DNA of 64,000 bases from Octopus sinensis (lineage: Eukaryota). Where the stretch lies: NCBI RefSeq assembly GCF_006345805.1, contig NC_043007.1, positions 1,736,001 to 1,800,000 of the forward strand, given 5' to 3'. Within the stretch, counting starts at the first letter, position 1; every line of letters starts with the position of its first letter. Below the pieces are notes generated by a model. The model did not search any database and was not told the origin of the DNA. It saw only the letters and a program-made list of their open reading frames with translations. The translations under genes and the position numbers were made by a program. Shown here one piece after another: positions 1-12,540 of this stretch.

Positions 1-530
1 AGAACTTAGTTTATTAATTCAAATGAAGAAGGGATGGAAATAGTGGTGATGGTGGTTTGGTGGTGGCGGTGGTGGCGGTGGGCCTACACTTAATGTTAAA
101 TATAAAAGATTATGAAATGGTTTTATTTTGCTTTGTTGAAATGTATAAAAATAACTTCTTCAAGTTTGGCCGTTCCAGCTCCTCTTTTATTCTTGGTTTA
201 TTTACTTAACTTCTCGACGTAGCAGCAGTTACTTGAGAAATAGTTTGACTTTTTTGGCAATGTTTGTGGTTTTGGTGCTATTTTAAGTCTAACCCAAATT
301 GGTTTGGAAGGGGAAAAAATAAATTAAAAATAAACGTTAGCCATTTTGCACAGAATATAATCATCTCCAAAGTAATGAACCAAAAAGGTAAATTAGTTCC
401 TAGTTACAAGAATTTTATTTTAATTAATACTGTTTTGCTTATTGACAGTTGAATACAAGTGGAAATTTTTAATCTTTATACACTTTTTGGGGGGTTCCTT
501 CTAAGGTCCAAAATGATTTCATACATTTGA

Positions 531-663
531 CCAGCTGTAGAAACTCTGCCAGATCAAGATTGGAGCCTCGTGTAGCCATCTGGTTTGCCAGCCCTCAGTC
601 AAAATTGTCCAACCCATGCTAGCATGGAACGCAGACGTTAAATGAGGATGATGATGATGATGA
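531..663 (+). mobile_element. 3' end of RTE-type LINE/SINE tail ending in (GAT)n
   Basis: ccagctgtagaaactctgccagatc...tccaacccatgctagcatggaa...gacgttaaatga(gat)n; recurs at ~2940, 51160, 55070, 59940. Confidence 0.7.
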
Positions 664-1679
664 AGGCAGAGCGGGGGTAGGTAGAGTCGAAACAACCCAC
701 AGGCCTTGACGTGTACTTAATTTCATTGACCCCTAACTAGAAGGATGAAAAGCAGCGCCAACCCTGTGTGATGTGATTTGAACTCAAAATGTAAACTGAC
801 CCAACTAAAGACCACACTTGCTCTGCCAATGTCTTTACTTTCAAAGCCATCATTGGCTTCATGTTTATCCCGGGAATGTTCTTGTGAGGGCTACATTAAT
901 TGCGTTTGTGTTATGGCATCGAAAATATTTCCATTTTCACATGTTTTGATTTTGGAGGATAACAAAAGCATCTTATTTTGGTCATAAAGGTAAAAATAAA
1001 AGAGAAGGGGATTGTTGCCTAAATCCACCTCCATACATTGCCGTTATTTATTTGACGTAATCAGGTGGGAGATTGCATTCAACATATCAGTGTTTAATTA
1101 AATACTGTAAAGCAATTAGACTGCAATAATGATGACGATAATTATGAAAACAACCACAACAGCAGCAACAATGATTATTTCCATCGACACAATTCAGGGA
1201 TTGGGTGGTCGGGGTAGTTTAATTAATTGAATTCTCTGATTCTGGTTATTCCTCGTCTTTATAGCTTTGCATCTTCGCATTACCGATCAAATATGATTAA
1301 ATGTCTAAATATTGAGATGAGCTGTTGCTATTAAGGCGATAATTTTGTGAACTTTGTCTTTACTGTGTGTGTTCTGAATCTTTACATCTTTACATCTTTA
1401 CAATTGTGGTTATCACAATCATCATCAGGTATAATTGTATATCTAGGACCATATCTGACTCAGAACCATTGTTTCTAGGACCATGTATACATGTCCAGAA
1501 ATAAGTCAAATAACTGCTGATGGTCAGATGTCAACACCAGCAAGAGCTACACTTCAAATGATGAGGTTAATGCCTGGAAGAATTATATCCATAAATTTGT
1601 GTAAGTCTAAGAAAAGATTTCTGCATAAAATATTGCTATTAACAATTATGAAATTGTTACTTTGAAAGATGTAATTACA

Positions 1680-2040
1680 AGTAAAGATTTTTGTCAACAT
1701 AGCATGGCAGTTCTGGTTTAGGACTAATGTTGCTGTAATTTAGCCCCAGGAGACATCGTCTCCAGCTGGTTATATGACACAATCTGTGTCCTTATATTTT
1801 CAAACAAGGGAATCTAGCATCCCTACACAGCTCAAAACAATATCTGTGTATCACGATTTCTGGGTTATTTCTCTTCATCAGCACAGAATAATTGTTTGGC
1901 TAGAAGTGGCGCTGCCTAATTCCCATTTGAAATATATCGTTTCCAAAGTGACAACTAGTCACTGATCTCCTGGGACTAAATTACAGCAACATTCGTCCTA
2001 AGCCAGGACTGCCATGTTATGCTGGCAAACAATCTTTACT
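1680..2040. mobile_element. Inverted-repeat element (~74-bp arms) enclosing a hammerhead fold; probably PLE-derived, non-autonomous
   Basis: 1680-1753 is the reverse complement of 1966-2040 with scattered mismatches; no clear TSD. Confidence 0.75.
1835..1897 (-). ncRNA. Type I hammerhead ribozyme motif (stem II degenerate)
   Basis: Minus strand UCUGUG-CUGAUGA-AGAGAAAUAACCCA-GAAA-UCGUGA-UA^CACAGA; 6-bp stem I extended by AAACAA/UUGUUU. Confidence 0.7.
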
Positions 2041-2764
2041 CCAAAGTACTGTTGCTGAATATCTCTCGTTGTGAGATTTAAAAATAGTAATTTTTTTTTT
2101 ATGCAATTAGGTGTTACGAAGCAAACGAAGATTAGGTTTGTTTAAGAGGAATGCAAAGTCCATGACTCTTACTTTTTAGATCTTTTTTATCTTTAATTGA
2201 AAGAAACATTATGTCACTAGATTTCTCAAAGTGAAATCTTTCCCTCTGCGTTATGTCATTATTTTACAACTCGGAGAAACTTCACTGACTTAGTCTACTT
2301 TAAATTTTTTGTCTCTGGAGAAGATTTTGTAAAACTTCCTTGTAACATTACTTTGAAAATTGGCATAGATAAGCTTTTCTATAAATATAGAGCATCTTGT
2401 TATTTTTCCGAGCTGGATTTGAGAAGCATTTTAAAACATCTTATTCAAAACAGTAATTTTCAATATCAACATTTATTTCTCACAGAAGCCAAAAGCATCT
2501 CTTGATGTATTTATCATCTCCTGTTACAAGAGTGTTATCATAGTTGAAGGACTTCCAAGCAAAAGAAAAGCTTTTATTTAACATTTCCTTTGTTGTAGCT
2601 TCCAGAATAGTTAATCGGAAGTGTGAACGTGGTAGGCATGTTGTTAAATTCTTAGAAAAAGCTTAATTCTTTAGTTATTGACATTGTTATTGGCTCCTGG
2701 GGCACAACATTTATATATTCATTTATTTTCATCAAAACCAGAATCAAATGGGAATTGTAGCTGT

Positions 2765-3058
2765 GATCCATGTGCCAGTGGCAAGTAAAAAGCACCATCA
2801 TCCAAATGTGGCCACCTTGACTGGTAGCATGTAAAAAGCACCAACCAATCGTGGTCGTTGCCAGCCACCTCTGGCCCCTGTGCTGGTGGCATGTAAAAAG
2901 CACCCACTATACTCTCAGAGTGGTTGGTGTTAGGAAGAGCATCCAGCTGTAGAAACACTGCCAGATCAGATTGGAGCCTGGTGCAGCCTCCTGGCTTCCC
3001 AGACCCCAGTCAAATTGTCCAACCCATGCCAGCATGGAAAATGGACGTTAAAGGATGA
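2765..3058 (+). mobile_element. RTE-type LINE 3' UTR fragment
   Basis: Three gtggca(c/t)gtaaaaagcacc-like motifs followed by the same tail as 531-663. Confidence 0.65.
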
Positions 3059-3180
3059 CTTCAGTAGATGTGGGGAGAATCCCCGCAAGCTCCGAGGAGC
3101 AAAGTCCACAACAGTAGGTAGAATAAGTCAAAGTGAAAAGCAACACATCTGTGGTCAGAGGTTGGAGTTTGAATCACCCC

Positions 3181-3190
3181 AATAATAACA

Positions 3191-3229
<39 letters not shown>

Positions 3230-3243
3230 TTAATATTAATAAC
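3181..3243. repeat. (TAA)n microsatellite, tail or target of the adjacent LINE
   Basis: Direct reading. Confidence 0.9.
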
Positions 3244-3244
3244 A

Positions 3245-3800
3245 ATTTCTTTTTTTAGTCATAGGGTCATAGATGGGGAGAGGGCAAGTCAAGGACAGAC
3301 GACAATTCCTGTGGGGATTCACATAAAGGGTGTCAGAAAACAAATGAAAATGACGGTGAAATGCAATAAAAGTATTCGTAGTGTACAAAGTATGTGATAA
3401 GATGAATGATGCAGTTTTTCTAACAAGGGCCAATGAAGAAACCCCACAGATTCAGGATTCCCTTGAACACCAAATGTATGAACCCCTCTCATGCTCGCCA
3501 ATCTATTGGTGCATACTTCTGTAGAGCTATTCACCCTAACCATTTATGTTACTCTTACCCATCTTTGCACAAATTCACTGCGGGGTAGCACTTCCATCTC
3601 CGCCCTCAATTTACTTTCCAAGTGGACCTTAAAAAAAGTTAGGACTTGACTGAAGAGGAAGGTGTCTTTCCTCAACCCTTTCAGTCTTGTCCACCACACA
3701 ACTTCTTTCATTGAGGCCATTAGACAGAGGGACACAATTTGCCCTGCCTTGTTGAAGATGGGTGGTGGCATGACCCTCACAATAGATTCAGCCACATCTT
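3245..3800 (-). mobile_element. Tx1/L1-clade LINE, 5'-truncated ORF2 C-terminus plus 3' UTR
   Basis: Translation MKEVVWWTRLKG...FFKVHLESKLRAEMEVLPRSEFVQRWV resembles the Tx1/L1 ORF2 end; related 3' ends near 19 kb. Confidence 0.65.
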
Positions 3801-4200
3801 ATATACCGATTCATGCTTGGCTAAACTAATAATCAACAACTGGAAAGAAAGAGATTATTCATCAACAGAAATGTATGTCAATTGGATTAAGCCCTGGTAA
3901 TATTTTGGAAATAGTTGCAGTTTTCTGTTTGTTGGGCTTTCTGCAGGAATTAGGAGCAAATGATAATTGAACTGATCAGGACTAATTGATTTAAATTCCT
4001 ATTGATATTAATTGACAGTAAACACGCTCTCTGGCTAAATGCTATTTGCCATTCTATATTAATTGGTTTAGTTAAATATGTGTCTTTTGTTCTGTATTTT
4101 TTATCCATGCTAATCGAATATATCGTCTTACTCTATACAAACAACAGTTCAGTACTGCAGGATATTTAGGTCATTGATGACAGTGCTAAGTAAATATATA

Positions 4201-4517
4201 CAGTGGCTGACTGGGTCTAAAAATATTGGTTGCCAGGAGACTAAGGGGGCTCACCCGCATTTACGAGGGGCCCTACTTGCAACTGCAATACTATCATTTA
4301 ATTTTTTTGTTTTTTGCTAAAAGTATTCTTTTCGACTGTTTACAAACACAGCCAGGCTGAAGTAATTAATGCATTCTTCCAGGAGTGAATAAAAAAATTC
4401 TCAAACTTGAAGGGATGGGCCCCTTAGATATTAACATGAGCCGTCATATATAGATTGTAATGGCGCAGGGGCCCACATGTTGTCGGGCAAGCTGGCAACC
4501 TGGCCAGTCCGCCACTG
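4201..4517. mobile_element. hAT-type MITE
   Basis: TIRs cagtggctgactgg / ccagtccgccactg; 8-bp flanks aatatata / aacatata (7/8 match). Confidence 0.85.
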
Positions 4518-4794
4518 AACATATACATGCTGTTTGAAATTCTGAAAAGATGTTTGGTGAATGATCCTTCTGCTCTCTTTCTCAATTAATGCCAATGTAG
4601 AGCTGTGGTTTTCGGATAGTTCACTATGATGCACTTTGGCACCACCAGGGTATTTAGGTGCATTGCAAATTCTTAAAACAAAAAAAATAATAATCTAAGG
4701 CTTTAGAAAATTCAGTTTCATGTTTGACTGTCTTGAAGAATTTTCCAATGCATACCAGGTATTCACCTTCTTTTCTGATAAGCACAATGGAAAG

Positions 4795-4975
4795 CCCCCT
4801 TGCTGTTTTCTGCAAGTGCTCCACCCTTATTGCAGCCCTTATTTCTTCCACATACTTCTCGAGATTTTTGTTCACTGTTCTCAGGGCTCTGACAATTATT
4901 GGTATTACTACCACCTTTTTCATCAACCACAACTGCTTAACTTCCCAAACCAACGTATCATATCTCTCTACTTTT
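4795..4975 (-). mobile_element. Dong/R4-like non-LTR element, restriction-like endonuclease C-terminal remnant
   Basis: WEVKQLWLMKKVVVIPIIVRALRTVNKNLEKY...EHLQKTA fits the E..LW...V.VIP..vGALG...LQK pattern; abuts (TTA)n at 4978-5037, the known Dong target. Confidence 0.75.
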
Positions 4976-4995
4976 CTTTATTATTATTATTATTA

Positions 4996-5038
<43 letters not shown>

Positions 5039-5155
5039 AAAGTGGATTACAAAGTGAAAAATACTTAGAATCCCATATTTAGAGGAAAAGTAAGAGATGA
5101 AATTCATTCCATTTATTCTAATTTGTTGCAATCCATTCTCATTTTCTAAGTTTAA

Positions 5156-5376
5156 CCCTTGCCAACCTGCTTGAGACCAGCCATAGGTTTATGGTACAAA
5201 CTTCCAGTTTTAAAGTGATACGAATTAAACCTCTCATCAAACTTTCACATCAATTGATGTGACAAATACCAGCAGAATAATGGCAAAGTTATTTTATGAA
5301 AGTCTTCCTTATTTATAAAATTGAGAATGGAAACAAAGGCAGCGTGCCTGAAAAGAAATATGGTAACAGAATGTAT
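5156..5376. mobile_element. Degraded piggyBac-type MITE, opposite orientation to 32958-33179
   Basis: ttaa-ccctt start; agaaatatggtaaca is the reverse complement of tgttaccatatttct at ~32965. Confidence 0.6.
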
Positions 5377-5471
5377 AATGTGATATCCTGATATTTGGTC
5401 ATTGTTATTTATGGCTGTGAGGAAATACTTTATAAAGTATATCTGAGATTTTGTGAAGTGTGTATCAAGTA

Positions 5472-5812
5472 CAGGAGTGGCTGTGTGGTAAGTAGCTTGC
5501 TTACCAATCACATGATTACGGGTTCAGTCCCACTGCGTGGCACCTTGGGCAAGTGTCTTCTACTATAGCCTTGGGCTGACCAAAGCCTTGTGAGTGGATT
5601 TGGTAGACAGAAACTGAAAGAAATCCATCGTATGTATGTATGTGTGTGTATATGTTTGTATGTCTGTGTCCCCATCCCCACAACATTGCTTGACAACTGA
5701 TGCTGATGTGTTTACATCCTTGTAACTTTGCAGTTTGGCAAAAGAGACCGATATAAGTACTAGATTTACAAAGAATAAGTCCTGGGGTCGATTTGCTTGA
5801 CTAAAGGCGGTG
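5472..5812 (+). mobile_element. SINE family A (tRNA head, CORE-like domain, internal microsatellite, conserved 3' half)
   Basis: A/B boxes tggctgtgtggt and gggttcagtccc; gcaccttgggcaagtgtctt resembles CORE; more than 15 copies in the window. Confidence 0.9.
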
Positions 5813-5898
5813 GAACTGAACCTTGAACCATCACAATGGAAGCTCCTTAACCATAGATGCTATGCCTATAGATTAAGAAATTCAATATATGTTGAGTG

Positions 5899-6115
5899 CA
5901 AGGCGGTGAGCTGGCAGAAATGTTAGCACGCCAGGGGAAATGTTAGCTACATTTTGTCTATCTTTATGTTCTGGGTTCAAATTCTGCTGAGGTCGACTTT
6001 GCCTTTCATCCTTTCGGGGTCGATGAATTAAGTACCAGTTGAGTACTGCGGTCGATCTAGTCAATTGGCACCCTCCCAACAATTTAGGGTCTTGTGCCTA
6101 GAGTAGAAAAGAATA
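5899..6115 (+). mobile_element. SINE family B (Meta/MESC-like central domain)
   Basis: aaggcggtgagctggcaga...gggttcaaattc...gcctttcatcctttcggggtcgat...aagtaccag. Confidence 0.85.
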
Positions 6116-6711
6116 ATGTTGATTGCATAGCAGAAGTGTTTTATATTTTGATACAATATTTCTGACTCGACATGTGGCCATTCAAAGAGATTGTTAGTGA
6201 TATAAAAGCATACATGTTATAACAACTATTTTCTTTTTTCTCGTTTTCTGTAGAATTTTGATTTAACTGAGAATCCATTAAAGTATTACAAAGATAACGC
6301 TTTGCTCTTTTAGTTGAAAGCACTATGAGTTTGCACCAATCTATTTTAACAGAAGACAACCATTTTCTCTGCTCTGCCTGCTTGGCAACAGAAAAGGTGA
6401 AACAAATAACAAGAAGAACAACAACAACGAGGCATGCTAAACTCACTGGAAATTGTTAATTCGTTTTAAGGTCTGTGGTGCTGCGAGTGAATCTCCTTCT
6501 CACTTAAGCAGCACATCAGCATGTTCTGTATTAGCATGGCGCTAAGGCAGAGTAATGAACCGTGCTCTAAGACGCAGACCAATTATTGCAACCAGATGTA
6601 CGCTCATGCGGTAGACAATAAGAGTTTAACATTTTATCAAGTTAACCACACTTCATGATGCTTGTGTGTGTGTGTGTGGCTAATATACACACATGTTTAT
6701 GCCTTATGCCA

Positions 6712-7140
6712 TTTCTTTTGCCTGTTTTAATCATTAGACTGTGGTCATGCTGGAGCACTACCATAAGGAATTTGTAGTCGAATGAATCAACCCCCCCCAC
6801 TTTTTATTTTTTTTAGTTTATTTTAAGCCTGAGTATTCTGCTGGTCTCTTTTTGCCGAACTGCTTACTTACTGGAGGGATGTAAACACACTGACACCGGT
6901 TGCCAGGTGATGGCAGGGTACACACACAGACACAAAGACACACACAAGCACAAATATATATATATATATATATATATGACAGGCTTCTTCCAGTTTCTGT
7001 CTACCAAATCCACTCACAAGGCTTCAGCTGATCTGAGGCTACAGTAGAAGACGTTTGCCCAAGGTACCATGCAGTGGGACTGGACCCAGAACCATGTGGT
7101 TGCCAAGCAAGCTTCTTACCACACAACCAAGCCTGCGCTT
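6712..7140 (-). mobile_element. SINE family A
   Basis: Reverse complement of family A head and tail. Confidence 0.85.
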
Positions 7141-7154
7141 ATACAGGTGCTGTC

Positions 7155-7560
7155 AGGCAGTGTGTAGGTATGGATTTTGCTTCTTAACCACATGGTTCTA
7201 AGTTCCATCTCACCTGTAACACTTTGGCCACATATCTTCTGTTATAGACCTGGGTTAAATAGTGCTCTGTAAGTGGAGTTAGTCGATGGAAACTGCATGA
7301 TCGCACCTCATGTGTGTTCCATGTGAGTACTTGCATGTTGAATCTTAACCTAAAATCATGTGACCAAAACCAATTATGTTATCTTGATGTCCCCAATTAA
7401 CAAATTGCCCCATAGCTCTGCACGTTCAAATGTCATGTGGATGTTTAAATACAAGGAAGGGTTATTGACAGGAGAAGCACCCAGCTCTCAAAGAACATCT
7501 CTGCAATCAGTGTTTGTCCAAACTATACAAGTATGGAAAAAAATGGACATAAAACAATCA
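7155..7560 (+). mobile_element. Old degraded tRNA-headed SINE
   Basis: Weak head similarity plus gacaggagaagcacccagct tail; similar relic at 9360-9740. Confidence 0.5.
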
Positions 7561-9919
7561 GTAAGCATGCTTGTGTGTATGTGTATATACATATGTGTTT
7601 GTGTTTGTGTGTGTATTTGTGTGTGCATAGAATCATAATTTTATCATAATTGCTTCTAATGTAACTTCTTCATTTCATTTTGTGAGTTTGTGTTGCTCTT
7701 TTCTCTGAGTGTTGTTTGAATTATAAAATGGACTTTTTTCTTATGAATCGAAATTAATGAATTAGAAACTCTACGGCTCTTTTGATGTTTGGTTTAAGCA
7801 TAGAGTTTTATTTATGAACATATAAATATATATGTGTGTACGTTTTGAAATGATGTCCAGGGATTTACACTAACTATAAACATTGTTTTATTATTGCTGC
7901 TGCAGTTGTTATTATTAATATTATTATTGTTGTTGTTGTTATTATTATTATTATTTTGCCACATTTTCTTACAATGTCAATACCAGCCGCATATGTCATT
8001 GCATCTCTCCATTCTGTATAATTGATTTCTAAAGTAGTTTCTTAACAATCAATAATGCACTAAAAAGTAGAAATATTACTTTGATCTCATTTATTACTTT
8101 ACTTATTTATTTATCCATTACTATTATTATTATCATTATTACTATTGTTGTTGTTGTTGTTTTGTCTTGATGTACTTTATTTTGTTTTTTCTTGCATTTA
8201 AATAAATATGTTTCAAATATTGTGTGGACAAATCTTATTGTTGGAAGAGCAAACATTGAAAATGTCACGAATTGTACAGAGGATATTCGTTAAACATTGA
8301 AACATGTTATTTTATATTTGAACATTTACATACAATCTGCCTTTTTTTTTTTGATAACCCAAGGTGAAATCTGTTCTATTTAAAGTGAGTTATTTACTGC
8401 CGTGTTGAAGGTTTTGTTTTCAATTGCACCACCCATCTTCTCATGCCCTGCCCATACCAATCTAATCAAGTATTGTATGAATGATTCAAAGGTCCTGACT
8501 CCCTAGGAAGGCATTGATGTTTATCTAGTGGCCTGTATTTCTTATTAGCTGAAAACTTTCGTTTTGCCTGTGAATGTTAGTTTTACAGAAATACACAAAA
8601 CCCTGTCCTTGTTTTCTGTTAACTTTGAAAACAACGAAGAATTTGGCGTAGTAACTTTGCCATTATTTATCTGGTGTTTGGAATACAAAATAACATCAGA
8701 TTTTGATGGAAGGTCTTCATATAGATCTCTGTAAGACAAGTTCGTTTTATAGACCCAGGCAAGGTCACAGATGAGTTGGTTTCAAATGGATTGTGGATCA
8801 AGCTTTTACTTTGTCCATTATTTTTCCACTCTTGCTTTTTCCTATTTATCTATAATTGATTTAATAATGAAATCGATGCAAGTCATGTAGAACATAGCCC
8901 CATTGCAGTTAATTGAGACATTGGTAGAGAAATCACAGTTTTTCATTTTCAAATGTTTAAATTATAATCAATAAGTATTATATAATGTAAATTAGAGGTT
9001 TGTCTGTTTTTCTTAAGGCTATAGAGCGTGATCTGAGGGAGATTTAGTTTCTATTGGTAGCGGTTTGAGTGTCCACGTCTCCTTGGAGATATTCAACAAT
9101 ATAGGCCCTGATGTAGAAAGATGTTGTTAAGATGCTACAAGTGGTAGATAAATCACATCCTATCGTTTTAAAATAAAGGTACTTTGAACAAAATTGCCCT
9201 TGATGTATGAAAAGGAGATGATTCTGGTCAAAACGATAGAAAAAGAAGCAAAATCGTCCAAATAACGTAGAAAAACGTGGTGGGCATGGACGGTAACTGA
9301 TGTCCTGAACAACAGCAGTTTAAACGAAACATTAATAAGTTATGTGGTTGAGGAGTATATATAAGCACAGGTATTACTCTGTGGTTAAGTATTTCACTTC
9401 AGATCCACTTGTGCGGGTAACATCGGGCCGATCAGGGCGTTGTAAGTGAATGTGGTAAAGGGAAACTGAGAGAAGCCTGTTGTATGTGTGCGTGTGTTTA
9501 TTTACATATTTGTGTATCTCCGAAAATCGGCAAGCTACAAACGATGGCGTTCGTTGTCAATTCCCCGTCAACAAATCGTTCGTTGGCTTGGTGCCTTAGA
9601 AGTCATATAGAGTAAAAAAATCCCCTGGTTGAAACACAGGTAATGGTTGACCATGGGAAGGGTATCTGCTGAAGAACAGTGCCTAAATGGTACATCTATG
9701 CAACCCAAGCCAGCCTAGAAAATAGACCTAAAAACGAAGTGGTTATTAATGTTTAGGTATTTTTAGTTAACAACGAAAATAGTTTGTAACTACATCATGG
9801 TTTTAAAATAGCAGACAGTTCTTCCTTTCAGAAGATGTCAACAGATCATAAACAATAATTGATATTGCGCATTGGTAAAATCTTAAAGATCATGGAACAA
9901 AATGTTTTACAGTATTTCT

Positions 9920-10082
9920 TTTGGCTCTTTATGCTCTGGTTTCAAATTCCGTTGCCGTCATCTTTCACCCCTTCGGGACTGATAAAATAAAGTACCAGTC
10001 AAAAACTAAGGGAGGGGTAGCTGATATTGACTGTCCCCTTCCTCAAAAACGTTGGCCTTGTACCTAAATGAGAAACCATTAT
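9920..10082 (+). mobile_element. SINE family B, degraded
   Basis: ttcaaattcc...ctttcaccccttcgggactgataaaataaagtaccag. Confidence 0.7.
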
Positions 10083-10805
10083 TATTGATAGGCTTTAAAA
10101 CTTATTCTTAAACGTACATGTACCATAAAACAATCAATCGTTTATGGAATTTGGGGATATCTCTTTGATTTCTTCTATTAATCCCCCTTTATCTTGTAAA
10201 ACATAAGCAATTGCTGTAAATTCACCGCTTAAGTTTGTTAAATTTCACTTCAGCAATTGGCTTGAGCTTTTCTTTCATGAATAACAAGCGTCACTCAATT
10301 GTAAGAATCGTACGAGCTGTCGTCTGCATAAACAAAATGGTGTATACGCGTTATTGGTTTATTGGCGTAATGTCTCTCATACGACACAGCAAAATTGGTT
10401 TCAACATACGAATTAACATCAAGAATCTTGCTCATCAAGCACAAAAATAGGGTCAAAGGACCAAATCACGAATTAACCACTGCTGCCTCTAAAACAAACC
10501 ATCGCCAACTTGAAGACACCAACGACAACTCCTTTCACGATGTTCTTCCTTTCATACGTGGTTTTAATAAAGACTGGTCTAATCTTGAGTGAATAATCTT
10601 TGAAATCATTCAAATTATATTATATAGAGGGTGTAATCTCACTTTGATTAATAAATACATTTATGGAGATTATAAATTTATTAAACTGATGTTTTTATCT
10701 TAAGGTTATTTCAGAATAACAACAGGACGTTTACTGAGAGTCCTTCATTGTGTAAAAACTGTCAGTCGCTTCTAATGTGATGGTGTTGTAATATTTATCT
10801 GTATT

Positions 10806-11000
10806 AAGGCGGCGAGCAGGCATGGCAGGCAAAATGCTTGACGGCATTTCGTCTCTCTGTTGTTCTGGGTTCAAATTCTGCCGAGGCCGACTTTGCCTTT
10901 AATCCTTACAGGGTCAATAAAATAAGTACCAGTTGAGCATTGAGGTCGATATAATCGACTTATACCTCCCTTGGAATTGCTAGCCTTCTGTCAAAATCTT
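10806..11000 (+). mobile_element. SINE family B
   Basis: aaggcggcgagc...gggttcaaattctgccgaggccgactttgcc. Confidence 0.85.
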
Positions 11001-12286
11001 AATGTCTGAATTACAAATATCTGCATTTTATTAATATGAAGCAGATTTGATTAATCCCCAAGATATTTCATAAATATACTAGTGAACAAAAACATCAAAA
11101 TTCTTTCTGTAAAATTATGCCTAGCAGTAATTAATTCCTTAGAGATTTATATATAACATGGCAGGAGTGTTTATTTCTTTTTTTCAATGTGAGTTTATTC
11201 AATTTAAACTATTGGAAAGCCGAGTTTGTGGCGTTCAATTGAAATATCTGTTGTTCGGGAAATATTGAAAATATGTTAGCATTGTTCAATCCATGTTTAC
11301 GATCTCAACTTTAAAATGCCTCTAAAACATTTGATTTACAAGAATTTTGCTAGTTTAGAATTGATATATATTTATATATGCATGCAATATAAATAATAAA
11401 CGATTTCTCTCTCACTCACTCTCTTTCACAAACACACACAACACAATTATCTTTTTATCTATAAAGAGTAGACACAATTTATCCAAAATCACATTTACAC
11501 CAAATACTAGATATCTGTAGGAAATTTAAATATAGATAATCCTTTTTTAGTCAAAACTTAGTAAGAACTTTTTTTACCAAGGAATAGTTTGTTGTTTTTT
11601 TTAAACACTTTATTTTTATTTTTCTCTGATTCAAATAATGTATATATCCACATATATATATATCCATATATACAGTATTCATAATTCCTATTATTTTAAA
11701 GCATACGCGACAGATCAAAGATATGAGTCATTTCTGACAGTAATACATCAGACAACTGATGTTTTGATTAGTTTCTCATGAACGGTAACGCTCATAGATT
11801 ATATCATATGCCTCTCATAATAGACACTGTGTATCTTGCTAAATAAAATGAAAAAAAAAAGAGAAAAGAAATCGATGAAAAATATCCAACACAACGTTTT
11901 GATAAATCAGTATTGTCTGATCGGTGTGTATTCTCTTGTAGTTACGTGCAAAAACTAACGTAAACTTTACAATAAGATATCAGTCTGTAACCACAGAAGT
12001 TTGCCAAGTATATTTATCTTGTTGATTGCGTTATGAAATTCTCTTTGCATTCAAAAGCTATCAAGAAATGGATAAAGAAATTAATCGAAACTCTGCGAAC
12101 GAAGCAGAACGTAAAGCGCTATTATAATGGTATTCTCTTCGTGATAGGAAAGAGCAAAAGATCTGTTATTTATTTTCAACGTTTGGTTCGAAATTCTCTA
12201 CCTTATATTAAATTATGCCGTGCCTGATTATAAGTTTAATCGTTGAATTTAACAGAAACATACGCAGGTGGTTTGGCCTAAACAAG

Positions 12287-12342
12287 ACAGATAGATAGGT
12301 AGGTAGATAGACAGGTAGATAGATAGATTGATATATATACAG

Positions 12343-12416
<74 letters not shown>

Positions 12417-12540
12417 GGTAGGTAGATAGATAGATATATGCATACACTCATACATACATACACATATACATACATATACATACATACATACATACATACA
12501 TACATACATACATACATAAAGTACCCTCACACACACACAT
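12287..12540. repeat. Compound microsatellite (GATA/TA/TACA)
   Basis: Direct reading. Confidence 0.95.

Noticed and set aside
5472-5545. tRNA genes at A/B-box motifs
   Set aside because: All continue into SINE bodies and lack a proper cloverleaf.
6141-6446. ORF with a signal-peptide-like start and KR sites (neuropeptide-like)
   Set aside because: It starts at GTG rather than ATG, the hydrophobic run comes from a (GTT)n tract, and there are no repeated peptide motifs.
6506-6520. agcagcacatca, resembling miR-15b
   Set aside because: The match is short, lies on the 3' arm of a hairpin too short for a pre-miRNA, and that family is not expected in molluscs.
8270-8312. cagagga...gaaacatgt hammerhead-like words (also near 47370-47400)
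   Set aside because: The core is altered and stems I and II do not pair.
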